A DNA stretch of 64,000 bases from Okamejei kenojei (Eukaryota). The notes beneath the pieces were generated by a model. It did not search any database and was not told the origin of the DNA. It saw only the letters and a list, made by a program, of their open reading frames with translations. A program made the position numbers and the translations under genes. The DNA lies in assembly GCA_035221665.1 (NCBI GenBank), contig CM069156.1, forward strand, positions 27,342,001 to 27,406,000. Direction: 5' to 3'. Below, one piece after another: positions 1-14,475 of the stretch (positions are counted from its first letter, which is position 1; each line of letters starts with the position of its first letter).

Positions 1-2271
1 AGTCGCACTCGTTCACCAAGAGGCCAGTCTTTAGAAATTAAAATAAATCGAAGAAACGCGCGGAGTCCAAATTATTAACAGATTTAAGTTATCGTAGTTG
101 ATCAGTATTTTCAGAATTGCTTTATTAAACATGAAGATAATCGGATAGATTGTTCTTTTTACATTTTCGAATGGTACAAATGCACGGGAATTTTGCCTGA
201 AGTGCGATACTTGAGGAAATCAATGGGAGTAAAGAACCTCTCGCTGGTATTAATAGAGCCCCTCGCCCTGAACCCGAACGGAACTAAATCCTTCACCCAG
301 CACCTGCGAAGACAAGAGATGGTAGTTTTCGAAAAATATGAGTAAATGGTGCTTGAAGGTGTAAAACTACTGTTCTCCGGTAATAATACACAAGGGCAAA
401 TATTTATATTTATCTTCCCGATGTATGTAATGGTTTGGACCCCGATTTCTGTCTAATAACAAAAAGTGATTAAACTGATGTCGTGGAATGTTAATGCGCG
501 GTATCGAGTTCCTCTGAGCGGATGCGGTAAGATTTGACATTCCCACATTATTTAATATTTTGTCATTGTTAATATTGGTAATATTGCCACTAGCCTTTGG
601 GCACATGTGGCCAGAGAAAATTAATGAAACTCTCGAAGCGTCTTGTCTGATGTTATCTGTGAATAGCCATTTAATTGGGCGAGGGATTTATCGGGACTCT
701 GCCAATGGCCCCTCAGCTAAACACCGTTTACAGCAGTCCCGCCGACCCAAGGCACAAACAGCAAACCCACCGCCTAAAGAATCGAGGGTGCAACGCGTAC
801 ACAAAAGGTGGCCCATCACCAGGTAATGGCGGTGTATTCCAACTAGACATATCTGAAGTACAGGAGACACCAGGGACTGCAGGTGCTGGAACCTTGAGAA
901 AAACACAAAGTGCTGGAGGAACTCAGCGGGCCAGGCAATGTCTACGGAGGGAGATGAACAGACGGGATCCTTCTTTAGACAGATTGGAGTGGGGGAAGGG
1001 GGCAGAGAAAGATGGAAAGGTGGGTGAGGCCAAAGCCCGGCAATTGATGTCGGAATGGCTATTTGAAAGGTAAAATAAACCCTGCAGACGCTGGAAATCT
1101 GAAATATAAACGGAAATTGCTGGAAACACAGTCGATCCGGCATCTGAGGAGAAAGACACATTGAGTTGACGTTTCAAGTCGAAGTCCTTTCATCAGCCCG
1201 GTGCCGACGAACTGACATCGCCGTTATTGTTTCAGATTTTCTGTTTTTCTTCCTGAAGGATCAGGCGAATGTTGACAGTCTAGTCAATGAGAATATTAAC
1301 ATATCCTTGTCAAATCCACCTTCAAACTAACATGGAAAGGACATGCACTCGAAGGTGGAACAAAGTAGGACCAATGTACATCCGATCATTACATTCTTTG
1401 TGTATGGCGATTGTATTTGCCATCAATAGGTACAATTACATATTTCAACTCCACGAAAACGAGACCATGCCTTAATTAAATGGAAATGATTCAGACGGAT
1501 ATTTGGCCCTTATTTCACACGATTATTACGGCATGTCTACTGGCCGGCGGGGCTGCTGAAATACTCAGTAATTACTTGGGTAAATCTATTTAAACGGAGT
1601 AAGAGTAGGAGTCTGTAATAAAATATTAGATTAAGGAACTCAAAACGTTAATTTATTGGAAAAACGGAGGAAAGTGACAGAAACAGTAAAACTGGTGACG
1701 AGTGTGGCCCACGCGTTAGATTAATGCATACTAAATATTACGTTTCGATTTAGTAAATTATGCAGGATCAGGACAAAGTGAAGCAGATTATTTTTTCTCA
1801 ACGATGCAGAAATGCACTTTTATGGTTGCGTATCACAGATAATGTGACCGCACATGACATGTAAACCTTGTAACAAATTACTCTTGCTGTTCCGTGGAAA
1901 GATGAATATAATATTCAACAGTAAATGACCCGAGGAGTCGGTTGCTCTTTCAATCCCACTGTTGAACATACATTCCCAAGTCATTAGCGGTTTATAATCA
2001 AATTCTTTCCTCCTGCAACCCCTCCACTAATTGTTTGCTTTACTCACCCCCTCCTGTCCACGTCACGGAGGTTCAGATAAAGATCGGTGGACAGGTTGTT
2101 TGGCTTCTCTTGCTAGTTTTACTCGGAATGTATTCCAAACCGGATCTAGGATAAATGGACTTTACATCTAAGTATGGGTGCATTAATGAAACAGAGAGGA
2201 TCTTGCAAGCATATCCCAAAATGTGATTACACCTGACTACGAACAGATTGACTAGATTTTATAATTACATT

Positions 2272-2644
2272 NNNNNNNNNNNNNNNNNNNNNNNNNNNNN
2301 NNNNNNNNNNNNNNNNNNNNNNNNNNNNNNNNNNNNNNNNNNNNNNNNNNNNNNNNNNNNNNNNNNNNNNNNNNNNNNNNNNNNNNNNNNNNNNNNNNNN
2401 NNNNNNNNNNNNNNNNNNNNNNNNNNNNNNNNNNNNNNNNNNNNNNNNNNNNNNNNNNNNNNNNNNNNNNNNNNNNNNNNNNNNNNNNNNNNNNNNNNNN
2501 NNNNNNNNNNNNNNNNNNNNNNNNNNNNNNNNNNNNNNNNNNNNNNNNNNNNNNNNNNNNNNNNNNNNNNNNNNNNNNNNNNNNNNNNNNNNNNNNNNNN
2601 NNNNNNNNNNNNNNNNNNNNNNNNNNNNNNNNNNNNNNNNNNNN
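2272..2644. other. Assembly gap (373 N)
   Basis: Run of N. Confidence 1.
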
Positions 2645-4747
2645 TGATGAGTCCTTGATCTATACCTGATAGATACTCAGGTACATTAGGTTCATATATT
2701 ATTGATACATAGGTAGAGAGGAAGAGATAAATAGATTAAAATGGTTGGGCAGGTAAATCGACAGATACTTGGACAGCCAGACAGGTGGATATACAAGTTG
2801 TGATAACAATTGTAACTGTGGCAATTTCTTCTTTCACGAGGCTTCAAAAGTCTAGCATCATCGCAGTCATATTTTTTCAGGGTGCCACGGGATGTTCTGT
2901 TTTAGGTGGAATCAGTTGGTAACAATATTCCACTGCTCGCTGTTTTTGGTTCCATTCACTTTTTGGTATTACGCGATAATAGCGAATAAAGAGAAACCTT
3001 CCTGAGCTCACCGACCACATGGCCATTAGCGATTGCATTCTCTTCCGCCTCACATCGTTCGCTTGGTCCCTCTGGTTTCGTTGTTTCTTTCCATTTGGTG
3101 TTCTGTTTATGTGTGGTCTCCCTTCAGATAGCAATGGCATTTCATTATTTTGTCCTCATCAGTTTACTAAAGGCAGCGACGGATTGAGCTGGACGCATTG
3201 GATCTGTGTGAATCTGGAGGATAATTTTGAATTCATCCAAAGCCAGAGTGGTGATGGTTAGAAGACACAAACTGCCCCAAGAGCCAGGCTGCACCTGTGG
3301 AGGGAATGGACAGGTGACGTTTCGGCCGGATCCCTTTTTAGACTCCATTTCCTCCATAGATGCTATCTGGCCCGATGAGTTCCTCCAGTACTTTGTGTGT
3401 TGCTCAAGATTCCTGCATCTGCAGTTCCTTGAGCCCACTAAAGCTAAACCATATTGCGCACCGCAATGTGACCGTCAGCTGGAAACTTCAATTCAATAGA
3501 ATAAATAACATTAGTTGTCAATAATTAGAAATGTTTATTACTGGATCCTTCTCGATGCAAGACAAATAACGTGGTCCGCTCGGTGAATCTGAGATTTCCA
3601 ACCCATGTGAACACTAAAGTTTTAAACCGGGCAGGTAGCTCCTGATGTCCAGTCAACCGCTCAGATCGCGCCAGTTCCAGTTTGCCACTGGGTTTCTCGT
3701 CCAACCCCCCCTTATTGTTTAGAGGTTTCGTCCCTATCGATATATATTCCATCAGCACTCAATAACCTGGTAATCTTGCCCCTAAATTAGCTGATCTGCA
3801 GGAGTGTTTCCCTCCAGCCCAAGTACTTGAAACGTTAAACATGTCCGGGTCATCGCAAGGACTCTCTCGCAATTTATTCCGAAGGTTAGTGCAGAGCCGC
3901 ATTTAATATCTACGATATCACCTTTTACCTGACCCAAAACTTTCACAATAGATATTCCCTTGTGAAAACCTTGGCTCTCAGAAGCGCAACATAGCCTGCT
4001 CATTGATACAGTGGCCCGCGGAATCTAAAGATCGTTAGTATTCTATCAGATGTATTTAATATCTGGCAAATTTCAAAGCTTGAACATAGCTACGTTTAAC
4101 GGTTCAGGGAGCGTCAGTGTTTCCGCATTGTGTGGATGGAGTGGGGAATGTGCAAAGAAATGAGTGAAAGGATGCCAAGAATCCGATAGGGGATTTCAAA
4201 CTTAAAAAAAAAACTATACGTTTCAAAAGGATGAAGAACAGAGACGGGGTGGAGAAAGAGAACAGGAAATTACGGGGAAGACTGGTGAAAAGGGACGGAG
4301 TGAGTTGAGCAAGGGGTCGGGGGCACAGAGTGGCACTGGGGGGGGGGGGGCACGGAGATTGGAGCACAGGACGGAACATGGAAAACTGCGGGCACATGGC
4401 GAAAAAACGAGTGAGAGGGAATGGCAGTGAAACAGGAGGCAGAAGATGGGAACCCGGGAGATAATCGGATAGAGAGGGAGAAAACAGTTTCACTGGTGTA
4501 ATTTTCTTTCCACTTGGATGGGACACTGCCAGTTCTGCTCATTCAAGATGCAGACACTGAGACCAGAGTAATGTGATTTGCCGTCGCCGCCTTCCCAGAA
4601 CATCGGGGGAAGGCGAGCTGAATCGCCGCGTTTGCATTGATGGTCTATACGTGTCATCGGAAAATTATGAAGGAGTTTGACAGGTCTTAAACTGCCTGGC
4701 GCCACGACCCATCGTCTCTGCTAAAAATAGGCAGAGATGAGGTGGGT

Positions 4748-4791
<44 letters not shown>

Positions 4792-7117
4792 GGTGGTCAC
4801 AATGGGAGTCTGGAAGGAGTGGAGGGCGATGAAGGGAGGGAGGGAGACATAACGAAGAATTGAAGTTTAACGATACCTTTAGGATTGCTGAGAGGAGGGT
4901 GGGGGCTTTAAACTAGTGGCGATCGACATAAACATTATGTCAATGGCGTAAAGATTAAACTACCCAGACCGAGATCTCACCCTTAAAAACTGCATGACTA
5001 TGGAGAAGAAGAGATGTAATGGTTACACGATTAAAGGATATAGCAAATAAAATATCATTTACAAGAAACTATATTGTTCTTTCCTAAAGTGAACCTCGAC
5101 CATCCAAAAGAATAAACCGGTTGATATTGAAGGTGGCTTCTCGTGTTTTGGATACTTGTTGAGGAGTCACCTCTCACACTTGGTGTGCACAGACGCACAC
5201 TCGCCTACGCACACACAGAAGCACATTGATAGTTGCATAGTACACACCATTTATACAACACACATCTAACCGCTTGTGTTCATAACCAGGCAAAACAAAG
5301 ATTCACATGCAGTCATACAAAAACAAATTCACAGAGAACAAATTCAATTCCCCGCACTTGCATTCAGGTTTTATATTCACAGCCACGACTACAATTCGCA
5401 AGTCATGCACTTTTTAAGCTTCCCAACAATTTGGATATCAGTTGATAATTTAAATCCCGGTGGTACAGAGCAGAGGTAATTTATTGAGAAAGAGACATTT
5501 GAACTGCTGAAATGCTTTCATGAGATGAAATACTTTCACAACTCCCCTCCTTCTTTTTTGAAGATTTAAATTCCCATTTAAAGTATTTTTAAACGTTGGC
5601 TTATTGCTAAATAAACTTGGAACACGAGTCTGCATTTCACCAATGTCGCTGCTCTTTTTTGATTATTATACAAGCAATTGAAAGTGGCTAACTTTGTCAC
5701 TAACTTTTGAAGGCGCTGGTAAAAAAAGATCTATTTCCACCAGGATTCGGCAAAATTGTGTCGTGTGGGGGGAAATAAAAACGGAAAAGTCACGTCACTC
5801 CTGCCAGGTGAATATGTGGACAGTGGCCTGAGAGTAACCTGCAAATGGCGCGGAACTGTCATCAGGCTGGCTCTTATTGTAAATGTAAGTGTAACCTAAT
5901 AATGAATAAGAACTGGCATATATCCACAACATGTACATGTTGGTTATTGCGGCATATTAAACTGACACATTTAGAATGCTAACTGGTCATTTGCGTTATT
6001 CCATCGAACTGAAAGCGGTGCAGTTCTGCAATGAATTCGGTTCTTCAGCGCTAATAAGTAGAAAGAATAGACGAAGGAAATAGAAGACAAACTCGCTGGT
6101 ACCCATTTGGGTTTAAAACAGGAGGTCATCTGTCGTTCACAAATAATGCTCATGTCATTGATTACATAGAATCTCTGCTCAGATAAATCTTCACAAACAG
6201 GTATAATCTATCAAACTGGTTCACTTTAAGCACATGATTTTAAAACATGATCACTTGTTATTTATACATCGTAAATTATATATTGCATGGATAGTACAAT
6301 ATTCATATTGAAAATAACAATTTTGTGAATGAAGACCTCGTATATAAAAGTTAAAGCCTATGCTGTACAGAGTACATACAGGTTGAACTTGCAAGGGACA
6401 TTGCATAATGTTCCCACAACATGCTAGTTTAATGCACCCACAGTAATCAAGGGGTGACCCCGAAAGAGTGAGGTTGACCCTATGATCACGTAAGTGATGA
6501 GCAACCCGGTGGACCTGGTTGGACCTGTTGTCTCAAACTGCCACCGGCCACAGGGATTAAACGTTGTAAAGCTGGTGCGCGAATCTCCTTGTGCTAGTAC
6601 ATAAGGTCATGCAAAGCTGGCGGTTTATTGAGAACGGCAATCGGCCGCCATCGTCAACTTCACTCGACCGCTACTGGAGGCTGTCCGATTCCCGACATCA
6701 AACCTCTGCCTTTATCCCTTAACAAAATAACAAAAGTGCACATTAAAATGCACATTAATTGGTTAACGGCGTTTCATGGTTTAACTTTGAAACGTTTTAC
6801 GTCACTTACAATACAATTCTGGATTAAAATTGCAATCAGAAGGTGCCTCGGTAGAATGCTGCTTGTGAATAATTCTAATGAATGGAATTAAACGTTGATT
6901 TATGCTCTGCAATACCTCCCGAGTTGACAATTTACTGGTTAATGGAATATCTACGAACAATGCCTCGCTAAACGATGGGCATTCATATGTCAGAGAAATA
7001 GTGCATTTAATTGCAGTGCTGTCCACTGTCCATCGATAACATTAGCTCCTATGGTTGCAAGGTACATGTTGCGATCTTTCATAGCTCCCTGTTATCAACT
7101 TTGTTTTGCTTGTTTTT

Positions 7118-7200
7118 CACACACACACATGCACATGCACACGCACACACACACACACACACACGCACACACACACGCACACACACACACACACACACAC
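7118..7200. repeat. (CA)n microsatellite
   Basis: Imperfect CA repeat. Confidence 0.95.
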
Positions 7201-9207
7201 TTTCTGAAACCTCTGCAGCAGCGTTGGTTATGTGAGTCTGAGACAGAATGTTACTGTGCTCTGTGAGAAGAGTATGGCTGTGCGATAACCATTCTGCACC
7301 GGGAGCTACAAGTACCGAGCTCTCCGTCGTGCTATCTGGCCAGACCCCACACACTGGGATCAATTTTAGGTGAGAGTGTAATTGCCTTGAATAAAAACGC
7401 CTCGCAAAGGGGACCTGTCCTCCCTGCTAACTGATTGGTAAATTATTGTTGGTGGATGAGATGTGGTGAGGGCTTACTTTATACACTGGTTACGAACTTC
7501 ACGGAATAGGGTCAGTGATGACTATATTGTACCTGAATATGTGTGCTTAATGTTTAGCTTTCAAACAGTGGCGTGGACAATAAGTAGTCTTAAGACAGTG
7601 AATGGAAGCTGTTGTCTTATTTCTTGCTAGCAGTTGAATATTTTGTGGCGCCAGTCACATTATCAGGCCAACAGATACAGAGAACGAAGACAAAGGTACA
7701 CTGCACCTTGTTCGATAGAGGCACACGTTATTATCTCTCCCTCTCTGACTGGTTTCAGATAAATGCTATCCGCGCTCATCAATTGCAGCAGTCTCCTTAA
7801 TATACACAATATCTAATTCTAAATACGGATAACTAAGTCTTCAACAGATTATATATTTTTCCACCTCAGTAAAAACGGTGGGAGTACTCGGGCAATAGCG
7901 CGGCTTTGCTGAAACCAGCCTGGGATGAAACAAATCTTTTTTTACGCTATTGCCCCCATTGTTCAGCTACCTGACTTTTGTTGGTGGGAAATCATCCTGC
8001 ATATGGTACATTAAACTAATGAGTACACAGAAAAACCGTACTGTGTGAAACGTTTGTGGCCGGGATACAGTTACCGGGTTTAAAAATATATATATTCAAC
8101 GTTTCAATGCAGGTCGCTCGTCTGGCGAATTGCAAACAGTCATATTTTCCAATTGTAAAATGTACTTGTGTGGATCTGGTAAAATTAAAATGGTTAATGA
8201 TATTGTACTATTCTGTTAACTAAATTGTTAGATAACCTGAGCGTATTTCCCCCGCCACTGATCCGATCAGTACATACTCCGACCTATCCCATCTTAGACT
8301 TGGAGCTGCAAAATACGTGCCAGGAGATAGGGGAAAAATGTGACATCTCACCTCCCGCGAGTAATTCCTAAACACACAGATCCCTACACGGACAGATTAT
8401 ATATATTTTTAAATCTCATTTGCACTCTCCCAGAAACCGGCAGACACTGACATTGAACACCGTGAGCTTTGAGTTCCATTTTTTTCCGGCAGTGCTTATT
8501 GGAGGGAGGGAGGGTTGGGGGGAATGGGGAGAGGAGGGGCGCTGATAAAATTTCTTTGGTTAATGCGAAGTGACAGGGGACGGTGCTCATTGTTAGACGT
8601 CAGCAGACTGGCGCCAAGCGCTCTCGACAAGCCGTGTCCGACTTAATCGGAGGAGATGGTTTCGAGGAACCTTTTATTCCCATTCTGAGAATCTGCTTTG
8701 CCCCTGAAAATCAGCTTCTCCCTTTCCCATTTTCACATTTGGGTTTTTTAGAGGTTAGGATTTGTTTTATAATCATAGACGCCAAGCGTCTTCCAAACGC
8801 ATCATCCGAAAACATTCACAATTACAATCGTGTGCGGTGCTCTCTATCGGCCCCCATCCCCCCAACGTTTAAAACTCCCGGTGATAGTTAGGGACTGTAA
8901 GCGTTGGGATTCAGTGCAGAGTGCCGCGCTCTGCGGACTCGTCTCGCTTGGCTTTTCCCACGATTCACAACGCGCTGAAGCGTTTGGACAACTCGCTCGC
9001 TGTAAAATTAAAAAGGCCAATGTCCGTATTTTAGATGCCAAATCTGGTTCAGTGGCTAAGAAAAGCAACATAACTCCAACAGAAGAGGCGATTACTACTT
9101 CCCCCCCCCCCCCCCGCCCCCCAGCAAAAAAAAAAACCCTTGCCGGCCTGCTTTGCAATTTGAGGTAGCGCTTTATTTCCCAATAACTTGATTTCAAATC
9201 CTAATTA

Positions 9208-9220
9208 CGCCATCTGGTGG
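9208..9220 (-). promoter_or_regulatory. Candidate CTCF site upstream of tbx2
   Basis: CCACCAGATGGCG on the - strand matches the CTCF core CCASYAGRKGGCR. Confidence 0.5.
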
Positions 9221-9852
9221 GACCCACCGCCATAAAGTTGACTGTTTTTCCCAGTGAGTTTAGCAGCACATGAGGTTGTAACTGAGGGGAATCGAGATAA
9301 ATGTGTTTGACCTCACAAACTTTGGACAGAAAAGGTAGACTTTGGAAATATTAAACGACTCCAGCTTTAGCCGTTACAAATTGGTCAAAGCTTACGTTTG
9401 TGAATTTCTTTTAAACTCCGTCTCTAAACTGTTTAACCTCTGTGCTCCGAGTCTGGCTGTTTATTTCACTGCAAAGATGAATAATTGTTAATATGTGTTG
9501 TAGTATTCCAAGCAACATTTCTGAACTCCATTGAGCCCTTTTTTTTGTTTTTACCCTACACAGCGCCAACGCAATTTTTTAAATACAGCAATACTTGCTT
9601 AAACTTATTGATGAAGCAGTTTTGAGGAAAGAATATCGGTTCTGGAGTAACAAACACATCAGGAAATGTCAACTCTATCCCGTTCGAGTCAGACCAGTTT
9701 AGTTTTTTTTATATACATCCACAATCTTTTTGTCTTTACCTGCGGGTTTTTTGGCGATTTTTAGCGGCTCTAGATGTTTGTATGTGCCGTGGAGTCTGGG
9801 TCCCGGCCGGGCACTCTCAATCCGGGAAGCGGGAAGGATGGAGAACGGCTGG

Positions 9853-9987
9853 NNNNNNNNNNNNNNNNNNNNNNNNNNNNNNNNNNNNNNNNNNNNNNNN
9901 NNNNNNNNNNNNNNNNNNNNNNNNNNNNNNNNNNNNNNNNNNNNNNNNNNNNNNNNNNNNNNNNNNNNNNNNNNNNNNNNNNNNNNN
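9853..9987. other. Assembly gap (135 N)
   Basis: Run of N. Confidence 1.
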
Positions 9988-10221
9988 TGTCATTGGTTAA
10001 TATTTAATTTTGTTGACATGTTTTCAAAGAGCGATCTCAGTGATGGTTACTGTACGTTGGAGCTTCCGACACCTTTTCTCCCACCCCTCCTCTCTCCTAA
10101 CTCATCCATCCTGATTTTAGTTGTCAAAACCCCGCCTATCCAGGCACACAATTGGTCAGGACGCGTAAAATCACCAATCAACTGGGCGGTTCATTAGCAG
10201 GACGGAGTCGAAAGCGGACCA
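9988..10221 (+). promoter_or_regulatory. tbx2 proximal promoter / 5' region (between two gaps)
   Basis: CCAAT boxes (ATTGG at 9992 and 10151, CCAAT at 10174) and GC boxes (CCCCGCC at 10130, GGGCGG at 10184), 220-460 bp upstream of the ATG. Confidence 0.6.
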
Positions 10222-10364
10222 NNNNNNNNNNNNNNNNNNNNNNNNNNNNNNNNNNNNNNNNNNNNNNNNNNNNNNNNNNNNNNNNNNNNNNNNNNNNNNN
10301 NNNNNNNNNNNNNNNNNNNNNNNNNNNNNNNNNNNNNNNNNNNNNNNNNNNNNNNNNNNNNNNN
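10222..10364. other. Assembly gap (143 N) in the tbx2 5' region
   Basis: Run of N. Confidence 1.
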
Positions 10365-10444
10365 TCTTCCAGAAGATGGTGTAAAGAAGACGCGACAAGG
10401 CTACTCTTCCAACAGAAAGCTTCCTATTTCTCCCGGATGCACCC

Positions 10445-10818
10445 ATGAGAGAACCAGTTTTAGCGGCGACCACTATGGCTTATCATCCGTTCCACGCTCA
10501 CCGAGCCGCGGATTTCCCCATGAGCGCATTTCTGACGGCACAACCTTCCTTCTTCCCCGCCCTGGCGCTGCCACCGAGCGGCGCGGCTGCTCTCTCGCTC
10601 CCCGGAGCTCTGGGCAAACCCTTGACGGAATCAAGCATGGCCGAGGCCGGGATTCACGTTTCCGCTCTCGGACATCAGTCAACACACCTGCGGCCCCTCA
10701 AGAGCCTGGAACCTGAGGACGAGGTCGAAGACGATCCGAAAGTGAACCTGGAAGCGAAGGATCTTTGGGACCAGTTTCACAAAGTGGGCACCGAAATGGT
10801 GATCACGAAGTCTGGGAG
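10445..10818 (+). CDS. tbx2: T-box transcription factor TBX2, coding exon 1
   Basis: Encodes [30 protein letters not shown]...[36 protein letters not shown]. This is the TBX2-type N-terminus (not the MSLSMRDP start of TBX3) plus the start of the T-box. Donor AG|gtacgg at 10818/10819, phase 2. Confidence 0.97.
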
Positions 10819-11898
10819 GTACGGTTCTGCTCGGGACCAATTCCACTTCAGCTGTGGTTCTTCCAATCTTATTATTCATTTAACTTTTCTGATCGTTTGT
10901 AGCTCATTTTGTTTTAATTTAAAGCAAAACTACATTTAAAAATCAGTCATCTGTTAAATTAATTCTCGTGAATTTGCGAAGTCCTTCGGAGAAGCCAGTT
11001 GTCAATGTGCCAAAGGCGCAATCGGATTTGCCAGTGAAATCTGAGCGTTTTAATGTCCAGTCCCCTATTAAAGAGCTAAATAGCAACTGCTAAAGGTTGT
11101 GCTTTCTGCTCCGCACACTCGCTCGTGCTTCTGTATCTTAGTTCCACATAAAATGAGCGGTCCGGGTATTTTGATCTTTTTTTCGTCGATTTGCAATCAA
11201 GCCGTTTAAATTAAAATTATCCACGGCTATGTTTATACTGGAAAGCAAGCACCTTCCGAGGAGATTCCCTCGTCTAAAAACACGTAATCATAATCTAGAA
11301 CAAAATGCCGACCCGGGAAGAATCCTATTTAGTTACCAGCTATCCCGAGCGCAGTTTGAACCATCGCAGAAGTTGTGAGGTCGAGGCATAAGTCTGTTGC
11401 TAATAATAACCTCTGATCGTAATGGGCCGACTGTAGTGTTGGTAAAGCTCGGCTAGACAGCGGGGAAGGCAGCGGGCAAACGCGATGCGATTTCACTTTT
11501 GAAAATGGCCAAACTTTGCAACGGGTGCCTCACAAACCCTCCAGTCACACACTGCAAGACTGCTTCGCGTTGTTCGCAGACAATATAAGGGTAGCTGAGA
11601 AGTTGCCGGTCGCTTTAAACGCGATGGGTGTTACTCAGACATAGATGAACTATGTACACTTATCCTAGTTTAAACTTTAGTTGAGTTGATCGAATGTCAA
11701 AACTTAAAGTGGAACCGTTCACAAATTAAAAAGGTTGTACGAGATAAACAATGAGTGTAATAAATAGATGAACTTATTTTTTTTTACAGTTGCGGAGTGT
11801 ATTATGATTAAATGTGCGCTCCTTTTATGCTGGACTGTGTTGTTTTATCTACTTGGATGCCTGCATGTTACATTAAATGTGCTGCTTCATCTGTTTAA

Positions 11899-12222
<324 letters not shown>

Positions 12223-14436
12223 TAAGTAATTTGACTGTAACTAAACACAATCTGGACTACTCTCTGTTCGCATCTCTCTTGTCACTAAGCTAGTGTGCCT
12301 CAAACTCCCCTCCATCTGTGGCTGTGTGTACATCACTGATGGTCCCCACACCCGGTCGCATTTCCCCACTAGGGTAAAACTTCCAATATAAATTGTACTT
12401 ATTAGAGACGGAGGAAAAAAATCCACCCCCCCCCCCCCCCCCCCTGCTTCCCCCAGTTTCAAGATCCCAATAAATAAAATGAGTTCAGGGCTTCGGAACT
12501 CCTAGGCCTATGTAATCCTTAATCGCTGGAGCGGCACGGCCACTGTAACGTTTCTATGAAAGATTGTTACAATTCCATTATTAGAATGTCACACAAAAGC
12601 TCTTGTTAAAACTTAGTTTTTAACCTCCCGGACAAATCGTTTGTGGGCAATTTTAAATACAGGTCACAATAATCCATGGGTGTTTAGTGCTGGCGGGGTT
12701 AGAACGAGCCTGCCGCTTGTTATTGGAAGCTAACACCATTTGAAACAATGCACTAAAGCTGTCATATTTGTTAATTATCCACTGCCTCCTGATTCAGAAT
12801 AAATTTCGGCACAATTCCATGCTAGTGTTTGGAGGCTTCAGAATCTGCTCCAGTGACTGTTTAGGGCCTTATAATTGCGGCTTCAAACATTGTTGTTTGT
12901 CGCCTTTGTGTTTTTTTGTCTTGCTGTACACTAACTCGGGGTCAGGCTGAAGTGTATTAAGGATATCAGTTGTGAAAAGCAGGTCAGTCTTCGTGGCGTC
13001 AGGGAACAGAGAGAGAGCGAGAGAGAGAGAGAGAGAGAGAGGGGGGAGTGCAGTTTAAGTAGGAGCCTACACAGAAAGGACGATCTGTTATCTCCAGGCA
13101 GCGAGTCTCTTAATGATCATTGCAATGATGCTTTAGAGGCGGACGATGGCCAATAGAAAACAAGTTGTGAGCATTTATTTACGCGGGCAACGAGTGTTGT
13201 TAGTGCAGTGCCTGGGAAACTTGAGTGCAGGTTGTAGGATCGACACTGGAGGTAAAAAAAAATAGCAGCCATTATGCTGCAGCCAGCGCCCCGAAGCACA
13301 GAGCATTCGACCTAGATCTGTAAGCGTGAAAAAAATCCGCCGCTTGCTTTTACCAATAATGTACCGCGCTGGAAAATTAAAGTGGAAATCCAGAGCCGGG
13401 TTTCAGTCAGAATGCAGATTGCACACCCACTGTAAGATCAGCAAACACATGTAAAATACTGATCTGACGGTACACAGTCCTCTCTGTGATTCTGTTGCAA
13501 GCGCCATTGATATAATTAATAAATAATAGCAAATAATATTCATTGTTTTAAAAGGTGTATCTCGGGTAATTCTTGTCTGAAGATTCTTGACTAACCGTAC
13601 AGGATTTATATGTTGGAACAGTTCAGAGGGATTTTTGGGAAATCAAAAGCCTGACGAGTTTGTCTCGCGGATCCCAGCTTCAGTGGAGCAGCTATTTGGC
13701 TGACTTGCACGCCTGAACGGGAAAGCATTATAACATTTTATATTAAAACAGGACAGTCCAAATAACACATCCCAGCCCAGACACAGTGTCAGAGTATATT
13801 TTATGTGTCAGAGACAACGGCGCGGTTTCGCTTTCAAAGCATGCCAGGACTATTATTTATGTATATATTAATATTAAATGGATTTTGGTTTTGCCATGAA
13901 TTTTGCAAACATTTTGAATGCTGCCGCTCATTGGCGTATTCTCATAAGAAAAATAATAATCTCACCAAACTATGATGGAGATTGGGGTAAAATGGACAGG
14001 GGGATAAAGCGGGGGGAGGGGTGTGGTGGGGGTGGGGGGGGGGCGAAGCGGTGTATTGCTACTTGTTTACGGTAAGGTTTTATCAGGAAATCGGTATCCT
14101 CAATATGAGATGGTTGCCATGGGATAGAAAAATAAATCATAGTTTTTATAATCCCAGTTTGGAATGGTTTATTTTAATGCCCCATTAATAACAAATAAAG
14201 GCTAATGTTTTTCCAGTCAATGTTATGTGATGCAGTTTGGGGTTGTGAGGCAAGAATTAAAATAAAAACATTATACGTGAGCTTGATAGCTTGTAGGGCA
14301 AATTATACCCGTCTCTCGGGTATTGGCGCACCTTCTCCGAAGAAGAGTAGTTTTGAGTTTCTGTTCTTTATTAAGCGACACTAGGGAGAAGAATACACCT
14401 TTTCCCCCTGTCCCGCTTCTCGTTATGTGTGTGTGT

Positions 14437-14475
<39 letters not shown>

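Noticed and set aside
4752-4790. Long poly-G/poly-C runs (also 14437-14474, 12426-12444, 36993-37018) as functional G-quadruplexes
   Set aside because: Homopolymer lengths are unreliable in assemblies, and such runs are scattered non-specifically.
6450-6490. Nuclear-receptor half sites (TGACCC-ta-TGATCA) as a retinoic-acid response element
   Set aside because: The second half site has two mismatches; too weak without conservation data.
1-9800. bcas3 terminal exon expected upstream by synteny
   Set aside because: No recognisable BCAS3 peptide in any listed ORF.
2248-10473. ORFs containing X runs
   Set aside because: They span N gaps.
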